Positions 8,715 through 16,228 of a stretch of 42,733 bases of DNA are shown piece by piece (the stretch's first letter is position 1; each line of letters opens with the position of its first letter). Both the position numbers and the translations under genes were made by a program. The notes under the pieces were generated by a model. That model was not told the DNA's origin. It worked only from the letters and a program-made list of their open reading frames with translations, and searched no databases. Source of the stretch: an uncultured Terriglobus sp. (GTDB taxonomy: Bacteria; Acidobacteriota; Terriglobia; Terriglobales; Acidobacteriaceae); contig CAXTJS010000002.1 in assembly GCA_964244605.1 (NCBI GenBank), positions 3,884-46,616 of the forward strand, given 5' to 3'.

Positions 8715-9692
8715 TTACAGAACGACCGCAGCTTCAAGAAGACGCAACGTTGGTTCACCGCTTAGGTCGAGTTCCGCTTGCACGTTCAACGGCAACGTCA
8801 CGTTGGGCGTGTTCACGTGACCGCTTTGCAGGCCGATGGCGATGGGGCCTTCGAAGTCGCGCAGGCTGTGCAGCAGAGCGCCTTCCAGCAGATGCATCTC
8901 CGCGGCTTTCGCCTCGGCATCGTCCGTCTCGGTGAGGCACTGCTCCATGTCGCCGAAGACGATGCCTCGCACACGGTCGAGCACGCCGGCGTAGCGCAGG
9001 TGCAGCAGCATGCGGTCCCATTGGTAGGGCTTGGTGCCGACTTCTTCGACGAACAGGATGCCGTCACCTGCAGGTGCCTGCAGCGCGTATGGAGTGCCCA
9101 ATGACTCGACCAGCAACGTGAGGCAGCCGCCGAAGAGCGTGCCGGTGGCGGTCTGTCCGTGCTTGCCCTCGCGCAGCATGCGCAGGCCATGCGCAGGACC
9201 GAGTTGCCATTGCTCCGTCTGCGTCAGCGCCGCGTTCCAGGAGTGCAGGTCGACTCCGCTACCGAGTTGCTCGTCGCGCGCAAAGTCGGGCGTGAGCATG
9301 GGCGCGTAGAACGTGACCAGGCCGCACATCTGCGCGAACCACAGGTGCAGCGTGGTGTGATCGCTGAAGCCGAGAAACGGCTTCGCATTGCTGCGGATGA
9401 GGTCTGCGTCAAGGAAGGGCAGCAGCTCCGCCGTGCCCCATCCGCCGCGCGTGCAGAGCACCGCATCGATGCCGGGATCGCGAAAGGCCGCGTGCAGGTC
9501 CGCCACACGCGCCGCGATGTCGCCCGCGTAGTAGAGCGGACCGCTCGCAAGAGCCGAGGGAAAGACGACGGCCTCGTAGCCGAGCTGACCCAGTCGCTCG
9601 ACACCAAGCTCAACCAGGTGCGGCTTCGGTGTGCTCGCCGGGGAGACGATCGCGATGCGGGCGCCGGGCTTCAGCGCGGGCGGCTTGATCAT
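8715..9692 (-). CDS. ldcA: LD-carboxypeptidase (peptidase S66, muramoyltetrapeptide carboxypeptidase)
   Basis: Start re-called at ATG 9692 (MIKPPALKPG..IAIVSPAS), overlapping the dapF stop; 'RGGWG', 'GFSDHT' (Ser), 'EEV' (Glu), 'SGH' (His). Confidence 0.92.
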   Translation of the reverse strand: MIKPPALKPGARIAIVSPASTPKPHLVELGVERLGQLGYEAVVFPSALASGPLYYAGDIAARVADLHAAFRDPGIDAVLCTRGGWGTAELLPFLDADLIRSNAKPFLGFSDHTTLHLWFAQMCGLVTFYAPMLTPDFARDEQLGSGVDLHSWNAALTQTEQWQLGPAHGLRMLREGKHGQTATGTLFGGCLTLLVESLGTPYALQAPAGDGILFVEEVGTKPYQWDRMLLHLRYAGVLDRVRGIVFGDMEQCLTETDDAEAKAAEMHLLEGALLHSLRDFEGPIAIGLQSGHVNTPNVTLPLNVQAELDLSGEPTLRLLEAAVVL

Positions 9693-10519
9693 GCTTTCGC
9701 CTTTGCGCTTCCGCCGAGCACCGCGTTTGCTTGCCCGGTGCAGATAATCTCTGCCGGCCCGGTGAGCAGCATCGGCGCATCGTCGCCCGGCCAGGAGACC
9801 TGCTGCGGTCCGCCGATGGAGCTTGCCGTTAGCGAACGCGCGCAGCCTCGCAGAGCGATAGCCGCAGCCGACGACGCGCACGTGCCAGTACCCGACGAGG
9901 TCGTTGGCCCCACACCGCGTTCGTAGATGCGGAAGGCGATCTCGTTCTCGGAGATCACGTGCACGAACTCGACGTTGGTCTGCTTCGGGAAGTCGGGATG
10001 CGTGCAGAGATAGGCGCCCAGCACCTCCCACGCGTGGCCGTGGCAGCGGAAGTCCGGGTCGTCCGTAAACAGGACAAAGTGCGGGTTCCCCACATCGACC
10101 ACCGCGCCTTCGACCGGGCCCACTCCGTCCACGTGCACGGTCTTGCTGCCGATCTGCGGCACGCCCATTTCCGTTGCGATCAGGAAATGCTCGTCCGCAC
10201 ACTCCACCACGTCGCACGTGCGCGGGCCGCCATGGGTGCCGATGGTGGCTTGCTTCAGGCCCTCGTTGTAGGCCAGCCATGCCGCGACGCAGCGGGTGCC
10301 GTTGCCGCTGAGCTCCGCCTCGCTGCCGTCGGCGTTGAAGAGCCGCAGAAAGAACGAACCGTCCGCGCGGCGCTCCAGAAACTCGATGCCGTCGGCCCCG
10401 ACGCCGAAGTGCCGCGAACAGAGGCTGCGCGCGAGCGCCGCGTGGTCGCCTGCCGCGGCTGTCTCTTCAACGATGAGGAAGTCGTTGCCGCAAGCGTGTG
10501 CCTTCACAAACGGGATCAT
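9689..10519 (-). CDS. dapF: Diaminopimelate epimerase family protein with Ser/Ser in place of the catalytic Cys pair
   Basis: 'GNDF', 'GVGADG', 'FNADGSEAELSGNGTRC', 'VGNPHFV', 'NVEF', 'YERGVGPTTSSGTG'. Confidence 0.88.
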   Translation of the reverse strand: MIPFVKAHACGNDFLIVEETAAAGDHAALARSLCSRHFGVGADGIEFLERRADGSFFLRLFNADGSEAELSGNGTRCVAAWLAYNEGLKQATIGTHGGPRTCDVVECADEHFLIATEMGVPQIGSKTVHVDGVGPVEGAVVDVGNPHFVLFTDDPDFRCHGHAWEVLGAYLCTHPDFPKQTNVEFVHVISENEIAFRIYERGVGPTTSSGTGTCASSAAAIALRGCARSLTASSIGGPQQVSWPGDDAPMLLTGPAEIICTGQANAVLGGSAKAKA

Positions 10520-12270
10520 GGTGTGCCTCGAAAGCTGTCGCTGCGATAAATGCGCGCGCAGGGCTGGTCGGTGTGGCAGATGATTTCAACCTCTGACAAG
10601 CCTTCCGGATGCGCCTTGACTGCAGCGGCAACCGGGTCGCGGTCAAGCGCGATGACGATGCTGGCGTGCTGCGCCGGCGCGGCCTTTGCCTCGTCGAAGC
10701 GCTGTGAGTCGAGCGGACTGATCAGCCGCTTAAGCGGGATGCCCGCGTCCTGCACGGCACCGATGTGGTCGGTGGTGTCAATCATGATGGTGCTGTTCTC
10801 GGGCGCGCGCAGCAACTCCGCCACGAGCGCGCGTTCAAACGGAATGCGTGTGCGCGAGTTCACCACGGCCTCGTCGTACACGAGCGGCGGCCGGCCCACC
10901 CACGTCCACGGCGTCTTGTGGAAGACGGTCTGGATAAAGGTACCCACTGTGCCGAACATGATGAAGGTGTTCAGCACGATCAGGAAGAGCGCGGCGGGCA
11001 TGAGGCCGTCCGCAAGCTTCGGTTTGGCGGCGCGCAGGCGCTTCGTCAGCGCGACTACGGCAAGCGTGCCGCAAATGGCAAACGCCGGTAGCAACTCCAT
11101 TCCGTAGCGCGAGTTGTACCAGGCGTTCGGGTAAAGCTGCGGGATGAAGATGGGCACCGAGCCCCATGCGATGGAGTACAGATAGAACGGCAACGGCACC
11201 CACAGCAGCAGGGCGACCTTGCGAATCTTCTGCTTTGCTAGAAGCCAGGCACCCGCTACTGAGGTAGCGAACAGCAGAAAGCCCGACTCCCAGAACGACG
11301 CGTCGAGCTGCGCGGCACGCGTGTAGTAGAGAAACGCATACAACGGATTGTGCCAGCCGTGATAGCGCCCGGCGCTCGGTGGCGAGGTTTTCTTCTCGAT
11401 TGCCGCGGGCGAGTACGGCCCACGCAGGAAGTCGAGCCAGTCGCCCTGGTACCTCGCGTTGTAGGCGAACCACAGCAACGGTCCGGCGACCGTGATGATG
11501 GTGCAGATCGCAAAGGCTGAGGTCGTCGCTTTGCGAGTCGCGGCATCGCTGCGAAACCATGCGACCGCGATCGTCAGCCAGACCGCCGCCCCCACGATCC
11601 ACCCGTCATAACGCGTGAAGACCATGGCGAACACCAGCAGACTCGCCACGATCATGCGTACGCGCGCGGTGTGCAGCTTGCCGTCGCGCAGGACCGCTAC
11701 GGCCTCTAGTGCGATCGCTGTGGACCAGAGCAGCAACGCGAGAAAGAGCGGCTCCGTCATCGCCGTTGTTGCCAGGTAGAGCGCATTGGGGTTGAGCGCG
11801 AGAAACGCCGTCGCCACAAAGGCCCAGTTCGCCGGCATCAGATGCCGTGCCAGCCGATAGCAGCCCAGGTTGCCTACGATGTACGCGGCCAGCGACGGCA
11901 TCGCACCGGCAAAGCCGTTCTGCCACCATTCCATGCGCTGCACAAACGGCAGCATCAGCAGATGCGGCAGCGGCAGCCACACACCGCCAAGCTGCGCAAG
12001 GCCGGGGTAGCGCGCATCCAGAATGCGGCGCGCGATGCCGAGGTGCGCCACGGCATCACCGTAGAGCAGCAGCCATCCATTGCGCGAGCAGACCAGGAAG
12101 GCAAGAAAGCCGAGCACCAGCGAGGCCAGCGCAATTGGCATCAGCTCCGTGCGGTGCGCGGGGTAGATGCCGTTCGGGTCGCGGTTCAGCAGCTCTGGCG
12201 GCAACCGGCGCGGAGTCCCCGCAAAACGCTGGAGACCTCGGCTGCTCGGCGCTTTGATGGTACGTGGCAT
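10516..12270 (-). CDS. GT-C fold (ArnT/GT39-like) membrane glycosyltransferase
   Basis: 'LYGDAVAHLGIARR', 'LNPNALY..TTAMTEPLF', 'TRYDGW', about 12 TM segments; start uncertain (ATG 12270 chosen; the 12423 start overlaps PfkB). Stop overlaps the dapF start. Confidence 0.7.
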   Translation of the reverse strand: MPRTIKAPSSRGLQRFAGTPRRLPPELLNRDPNGIYPAHRTELMPIALASLVLGFLAFLVCSRNGWLLLYGDAVAHLGIARRILDARYPGLAQLGGVWLPLPHLLMLPFVQRMEWWQNGFAGAMPSLAAYIVGNLGCYRLARHLMPANWAFVATAFLALNPNALYLATTAMTEPLFLALLLWSTAIALEAVAVLRDGKLHTARVRMIVASLLVFAMVFTRYDGWIVGAAVWLTIAVAWFRSDAATRKATTSAFAICTIITVAGPLLWFAYNARYQGDWLDFLRGPYSPAAIEKKTSPPSAGRYHGWHNPLYAFLYYTRAAQLDASFWESGFLLFATSVAGAWLLAKQKIRKVALLLWVPLPFYLYSIAWGSVPIFIPQLYPNAWYNSRYGMELLPAFAICGTLAVVALTKRLRAAKPKLADGLMPAALFLIVLNTFIMFGTVGTFIQTVFHKTPWTWVGRPPLVYDEAVVNSRTRIPFERALVAELLRAPENSTIMIDTTDHIGAVQDAGIPLKRLISPLDSQRFDEAKAAPAQHASIVIALDRDPVAAAVKAHPEGLSEVEIICHTDQPCARIYRSDSFRGTP

Positions 12271-12316
12271 GTCTGTGTTCAGGGTAGCGCAGACGTGCGT
12301 TCGCCCCTTGAAGCTG

Positions 12317-13255
12317 CTACGCGACATCCAGATGGGAGATTTCGCGGAAGAGCTGGAAACGCTCTTCGATCTCCTCGCGCGTGGTGTTTTGCAGGCGCTC
12401 CGTGCCGAACTTTTCCACCGCAAATGAACCCATCACGCCGCCGTAGAACAGCGCCTTGCGCAGCACTGCAGGCGTGAGCTTCGGCTGCGAGGCGATGTAG
12501 CCATAGAACCCGCCTGCGAAGCTGTCCCCTGCTCCCGTGGGATCGACCACAGTCTCAATCGGCAGGGCAGGTGCGCGGAACGGTTTCGGCACGCCGCTCT
12601 CGTCCGTGAAGGAACGTTCGCCGAAGAAAGCCGTCGCGCCAAATTCACCGTGCTTGATGACGAGCGACTTCGGACCGAGCTCCATTACCTTCTTCGCCGC
12701 TGTTACCAGGTTGTGCTCGCCGCTCAACAGCCGTGCCTCGGTGTCGTTGATGATGAGGATGTCGAGTTCGGCAAGCACCTTGTCCAGGTTTGCGCGATGA
12801 TCGTTGATCCAGTAGTTCATCGTGTCGCCCGCGACTAACTTCACCTTTGGCATCTGCTGGCGAACCTGTAACTGCAGCACTGGGTCTATATTTGCGAGGA
12901 AGAGGTAGTCCGAGTCGGCATAAGTGGCCGGTATCTTCGGCGAGAAGGTGCCAAAGACATTCAAATCCGTGCCGAGTGTCTTAGCTTCGGCCATCGTGCC
13001 TTCGTAACTGCCGGTCCAGTGGAAGGAAAGGCCGTCGGCATGCTCGATGCCGGCTGTATCAATCTTCTTCTCATCGAAAACGGATTGTTGACGAGGACCG
13101 AAATCCGATCCGACGACACCAACGACTCGCACAGGAGAAAAAAATGACGCGGCAAGTGAAAAGTGCGTGGCTGCTCCACCAAGGACCTTGTCGCGATGGC
13201 CTGTGGGCGTGGTGAGCGTATCGAATGCAACGGAACCGACGACGAGAATTGACAA
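12317..13255 (-). CDS. PfkB family sugar/nucleoside kinase (adenosine kinase-like)
   Basis: 'VVGSVAFD', 'LGGAA', 'DPTGAGDSFAGG' signature; SD AAGGA before TTG. Confidence 0.9.
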   Translation of the reverse strand: MSILVVGSVAFDTLTTPTGHRDKVLGGAATHFSLAASFFSPVRVVGVVGSDFGPRQQSVFDEKKIDTAGIEHADGLSFHWTGSYEGTMAEAKTLGTDLNVFGTFSPKIPATYADSDYLFLANIDPVLQLQVRQQMPKVKLVAGDTMNYWINDHRANLDKVLAELDILIINDTEARLLSGEHNLVTAAKKVMELGPKSLVIKHGEFGATAFFGERSFTDESGVPKPFRAPALPIETVVDPTGAGDSFAGGFYGYIASQPKLTPAVLRKALFYGGVMGSFAVEKFGTERLQNTTREEIEERFQLFREISHLDVA

Positions 13256-13268
13256 GGAGCTTCCTTTG

Positions 13269-13898
13269 TTAGTTAGGCCAAGTTTCTTGAGGCATGAGTG
13301 TCAGCAGTTCCGGCCTGTTCATCGGAACATGTAAAACTACTTCGACGATTGCTTCCTTCCGGCTCCTACGTAGCTTTGCTACTTCGAGAAAAAGAAAGGC
13401 TTCAAACGATGCGAAACGCACTCGGGGCGTCGGGTTCGGAGCGTAGGGGCCGCCTGTATTTTGCTCCGACAATAAGATTTCCTGCGGCTCGAATGCTTGC
13501 AATAGAGCTAGCGTGTCGACCTGAAACACCACGCTTTCGTATCGCAGCTTTCTTCGCGTCTTTAGAAAGATTGCGAGGCGTTCTTCCGTTGTCCAGAAGA
13601 AGATGTGCTGATCAAGATATCTGAACCACTTGCTCGGTTCTGACATGCCGTCCGGAAGGCGGCATTTTCGCCAGACGTTGCCGCACATTGGCAGTTGATC
13701 GTTTAATGTCACACCTTCTTGAAGTGGCGTTGAACGAAGCCGCGCTTCTGGCCTTTGCTCAGACTTCAGGCCGGCTTCTATCTTCAGAGCCGCTGCGCAT
13801 TTGAGGCCGCTTTGGAGCACGCTGGCGACATTGGAAGCAAAGCTTACGTGGTAGAGCTTGGGATATAGGGTGCTAAGTTCATCGGGCGTGATCGGCAT
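13269..13898 (-). CDS. DarT-like (DUF7002-type) ADP-ribosyltransferase-fold protein, putative
   Basis: 'PKLYHVS..SNVASVLQSGL', 'LNDQLPM', 'HIFFW...RL', 'LLSEQNTG', C-terminal 'IVEVVL'; lower GC than flanks. Family assignment is from motif recall. Confidence 0.6.
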   Translation of the reverse strand: MPITPDELSTLYPKLYHVSFASNVASVLQSGLKCAAALKIEAGLKSEQRPEARLRSTPLQEGVTLNDQLPMCGNVWRKCRLPDGMSEPSKWFRYLDQHIFFWTTEERLAIFLKTRRKLRYESVVFQVDTLALLQAFEPQEILLSEQNTGGPYAPNPTPRVRFASFEAFLFLEVAKLRRSRKEAIVEVVLHVPMNRPELLTLMPQETWPN

Positions 13899-13900
13899 CT

Positions 13901-13988
13901 ATATGTCGCGCCTTCAGCGCTTGGACGTCTTTTGTATCTTCAACCTAGGGCTTCGCCCTAGGCTAGTATCTTTCGGGCCTTCAGCCCG
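13901..13988 (-). repeat. Three-hairpin REP-like element, family A copy 2
   Basis: Minus strand: GGGCTGAAGGCCC..ATACTAG-CCTAGGGC-gaa-GCCCTAGG..AGCGCTGAAGGCGCGA; matches 6114-6201. Confidence 0.75.
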
Positions 13989-14049
13989 AGCCTTCTTATA
14001 TCGTCAAATCTCAGCGTCATCCCGTGCGCTAGTCTTGTTACTCATCTAG

Positions 14050-14916
14050 CTAGTCTTGATACTTGTTCAGAAAAATCGCCAGCTTCTCGCGCGTCGCCGC
14101 CGGAATGAATTTCTTATCCGTCATGATGGCGTACTTCAGTGCGCTGCTTGCGGGTGAGGCTGAGTTGTCCGCCGGTAATGCGCGTATGGCGCCGGCGAGT
14201 ACCTTCTGCGCGGCTGCCGTGTTGGCGTGGATGACCGCGACGACCTGGTCGACCGTGACGTCGTCGTGGCCTTCGCGCCAGCAGTCGTAGTCCGTGACCA
14301 TGGCGAGCGTGGCGTAGCTGATCTCGGCTTCGCGGGCGAGCTTGGCTTCCTGCAGGTTGGTCATGCCGATCACGTCGGCACCCCATTGCCGGTAGAGGTT
14401 CGACTCCGCGCGCGTGCTGAACTGCGGACCCTCCATGCAGACGTAGGTGCCGCCGAGTTTGCCGACGACGCCCGCGTCCCTGCAGCCCTGCTCGAAGGCC
14501 TTCGAGGCGATGGCGCAGACCGGATCACCGAAGGCGACATGGCCGACGATGCCGTCGCCGAAGAACGTGGCGTTGCGCGCGAAGGTGCGGTCGATGAACT
14601 GGTCGGGGATGACGAAGTCGGTCGGCTTGTGCTCTTCCTTCAGCGAACCAACGGCGGAAACGGACAGGATGAAGCTGACGCCCAGCTTCTTCATCGCATA
14701 GATGTTGGCGCGAAAGTTGATTTCCGACGGCAGGATACGATGGCCGCGTCCGTGGCGGGCGAGAAAGGCGACTTTGCGGCCTTCCAGCGTGCCGAGCACA
14801 ATCGACTCAGACGGCGCGCCGAAGGGCGTCTCGACGGTGATCTCCGTCGTTTCGGTGAGGCCAGGCATGGTGTACAAACCACTGCCGCCGATGATGCCGA
14901 TCTCTGTCTGCTGCAA
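14050..14916 (-). CDS. mtnP: S-methyl-5'-thioadenosine phosphorylase
   Basis: 'IGIIGGSGLY', 'RHGRGH', 'NFRANI', 'EGPQFSTRAES', 'GMTNLQEAKLAREA', 'VTDYDCW'; SD AGGAG before TTG. Confidence 0.93.
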   Translation of the reverse strand: MQQTEIGIIGGSGLYTMPGLTETTEITVETPFGAPSESIVLGTLEGRKVAFLARHGRGHRILPSEINFRANIYAMKKLGVSFILSVSAVGSLKEEHKPTDFVIPDQFIDRTFARNATFFGDGIVGHVAFGDPVCAIASKAFEQGCRDAGVVGKLGGTYVCMEGPQFSTRAESNLYRQWGADVIGMTNLQEAKLAREAEISYATLAMVTDYDCWREGHDDVTVDQVVAVIHANTAAAQKVLAGAIRALPADNSASPASSALKYAIMTDKKFIPAATREKLAIFLNKYQD

Positions 14917-15093
14917 TGCCTGCTCCTGCTCGCGAGGTACGCGCCGTCCGTGAGTATATCCCGCACGAAATCCTCGTCAGGGCTCGAGACGGCAGTTCGC
15001 CTTCTTTGTTCCACACTTCAATGCACGTGCTTTCCTTTGGCTGCAAGACTGTCTTCCTGCGAACTCGGACCGATGTAGTCTGATTTCCAGAGT

Positions 15094-15167
15094 AGCAGCG
15101 ATGAGGGGCGTTGCTCTTTCCGAGGACGGCGAAAGCCGGTCCTTTGCACGACACGGAAGGAGAGACG
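15094..15167 (+). promoter_or_regulatory. Structured 5' leader of rpsD that sequesters the Shine-Dalgarno sequence (candidate cis-regulatory RNA)
   Basis: 15109-15122 pairs with 15154-15167 (13 of 14 pairs, 2 G-U), covering AAGGAG; enclosed hairpin AGGAC-GGC-GAAA-GCC-g-GTCCT. Confidence 0.5.
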
Positions 15168-15788
15168 ATGAGTAGAAGGACGAAGTTCAAGATTCAACGA
15201 GCACTCGGCATGGAACTGCCCGGTTTGGGTAAGCCCGGTGCTCTGGAAAAGCGCAACTATCCGCCGGGGCAGCATGGCCAGAAGCGCAAGGGCAAAGTCA
15301 GCGAGTTTGGCGTGCAGCTGCGCGAAAAGCAGAAGCTGCTCTTCCACTATGGTCTGCGCGAGGAGCAGCTGCGCCGCTTTGTGCGGCAGGCACGCACCGC
15401 CGGACACGGTAACTGGATTGAGGGGCTACTGAGCCTTCTGGAGCGACGGCTGGACAACGTAGTCTTCCGCCTCGGCTTTGCGCGAAGCATGGCCGCGGCG
15501 CGGCAGCTTGTTTCGCACGGGCATGTGCTGCTGAACGGCCGCAGCGTAAACATCGGCAGTGTGGTCGTGCGTGTGGGCGATGAGGTGAAGCTGACCGAGT
15601 ACGCAGCAGGCGCAATGACGGAGAAGGCCCGCAGCCATCCCCGGCTCGACTTGCCGAGCTTTCTGCAGTTCGCCGATGCCGGCTGCAATACGCACGGCCG
15701 CGTGCTGTTCCTGCCGGACTCGAAGCATGTTCCCTTTGAGTTCAACCCAACCCAGGTAGCCGAGTTCTACGCAAAGCGAGGAGTGTAA
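15168..15788 (+). CDS. rpsD: 30S ribosomal protein S4, stand-alone copy lacking the zinc-ribbon cysteines
   Basis: ATG 15168 after AAGGAG; 'YPPGQHG', 'SEFGVQLREKQK', 'LERRLDNVVFRLGFA', 'ARQLVSHGH'; not flanked by rpsK/rpoA. Confidence 0.95.
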   Translation: MSRRTKFKIQRALGMELPGLGKPGALEKRNYPPGQHGQKRKGKVSEFGVQLREKQKLLFHYGLREEQLRRFVRQARTAGHGNWIEGLLSLLERRLDNVVFRLGFARSMAAARQLVSHGHVLLNGRSVNIGSVVVRVGDEVKLTEYAAGAMTEKARSHPRLDLPSFLQFADAGCNTHGRVLFLPDSKHVPFEFNPTQVAEFYAKRGV

Positions 15789-15790
15789 CG

Positions 15791-16018
15791 ATGGCCTGCA
15801 ACGTGGAAGCGAGTAACGTGCAGCTGGCGTCACGCAGCGGCCTTGGGGAGATCTCCATGTGTGGCTGCGGCGTGATCCATGTCTCGATCGGAGCGGTGTC
15901 TCTGCGGCTTGTACCGGAGGCCTTTTGCGAGCTTGTGGTGATGTGCCGAAGCGCGGCGGATGCGTTGTTGGCGTATGCCCATACGCCGGAGTTCAGACAG
16001 AGTGAAGTCGTGCACTGA
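15791..16018 (+). CDS. Small Cys/His-rich hypothetical protein (75 aa)
   Basis: SD GAGGAG inside the rpsD 3' end, start 2 nt after its stop; 'CGCGVIHVSIGAVSLRL.PEAF' motif; 5 Cys. Confidence 0.7.
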   Translation: MACNVEASNVQLASRSGLGEISMCGCGVIHVSIGAVSLRLVPEAFCELVVMCRSAADALLAYAHTPEFRQSEVVH

Positions 16019-16056
16019 TCGGGCGGTGACTTTTTCTGATGTAGCGCCTCACGGAA

Positions 16057-16186
16057 GCGTCATTTCGACCGGAGCGCAGCGTAGCGGAGAGACCTGCTGT
16101 TTCTTTCTGAGCCGTTGCCGCTCCGAGCAAACAGCAGGTTTCTCCACTCCGCAACGCAAGAGCCGTCGCTCCGGTCGAAATGACGC
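16057..16186. repeat. Long palindromic REP/REPIN-like element, family B copy 2 (inverted relative to copy 1)
   Basis: 20-bp perfect terminal IR GCGTCATTTCGACCGGAGCG / CGCTCCGGTCGAAATGACGC; inner IR GAGACCTGCTGTTT/AAACAGCAGGTTTC. Confidence 0.85.
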
Positions 16187-16228
16187 AGTGTGGGGCCGGA
16201 GGAACGAGAGCTTCGAAGCAGTGAGGGA

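Noticed and set aside
7231-8820. Long antisense or alternate-frame ORFs (e.g. 7231-8820, 2122-3660, 34044-35666, 38486-39967, 40647-42515)
   Set aside because: They shadow well-supported genes, have no recognisable motifs, and are expected from stop-codon scarcity in high-GC coding DNA.
15040-15060. Imperfect dyad GCAAGAC-T-GTCTTCC as a Zur/Fur box for rpsD
   Set aside because: Short, GC-rich and not matching AT-rich Zur/Fur consensus sequences; insufficient support.
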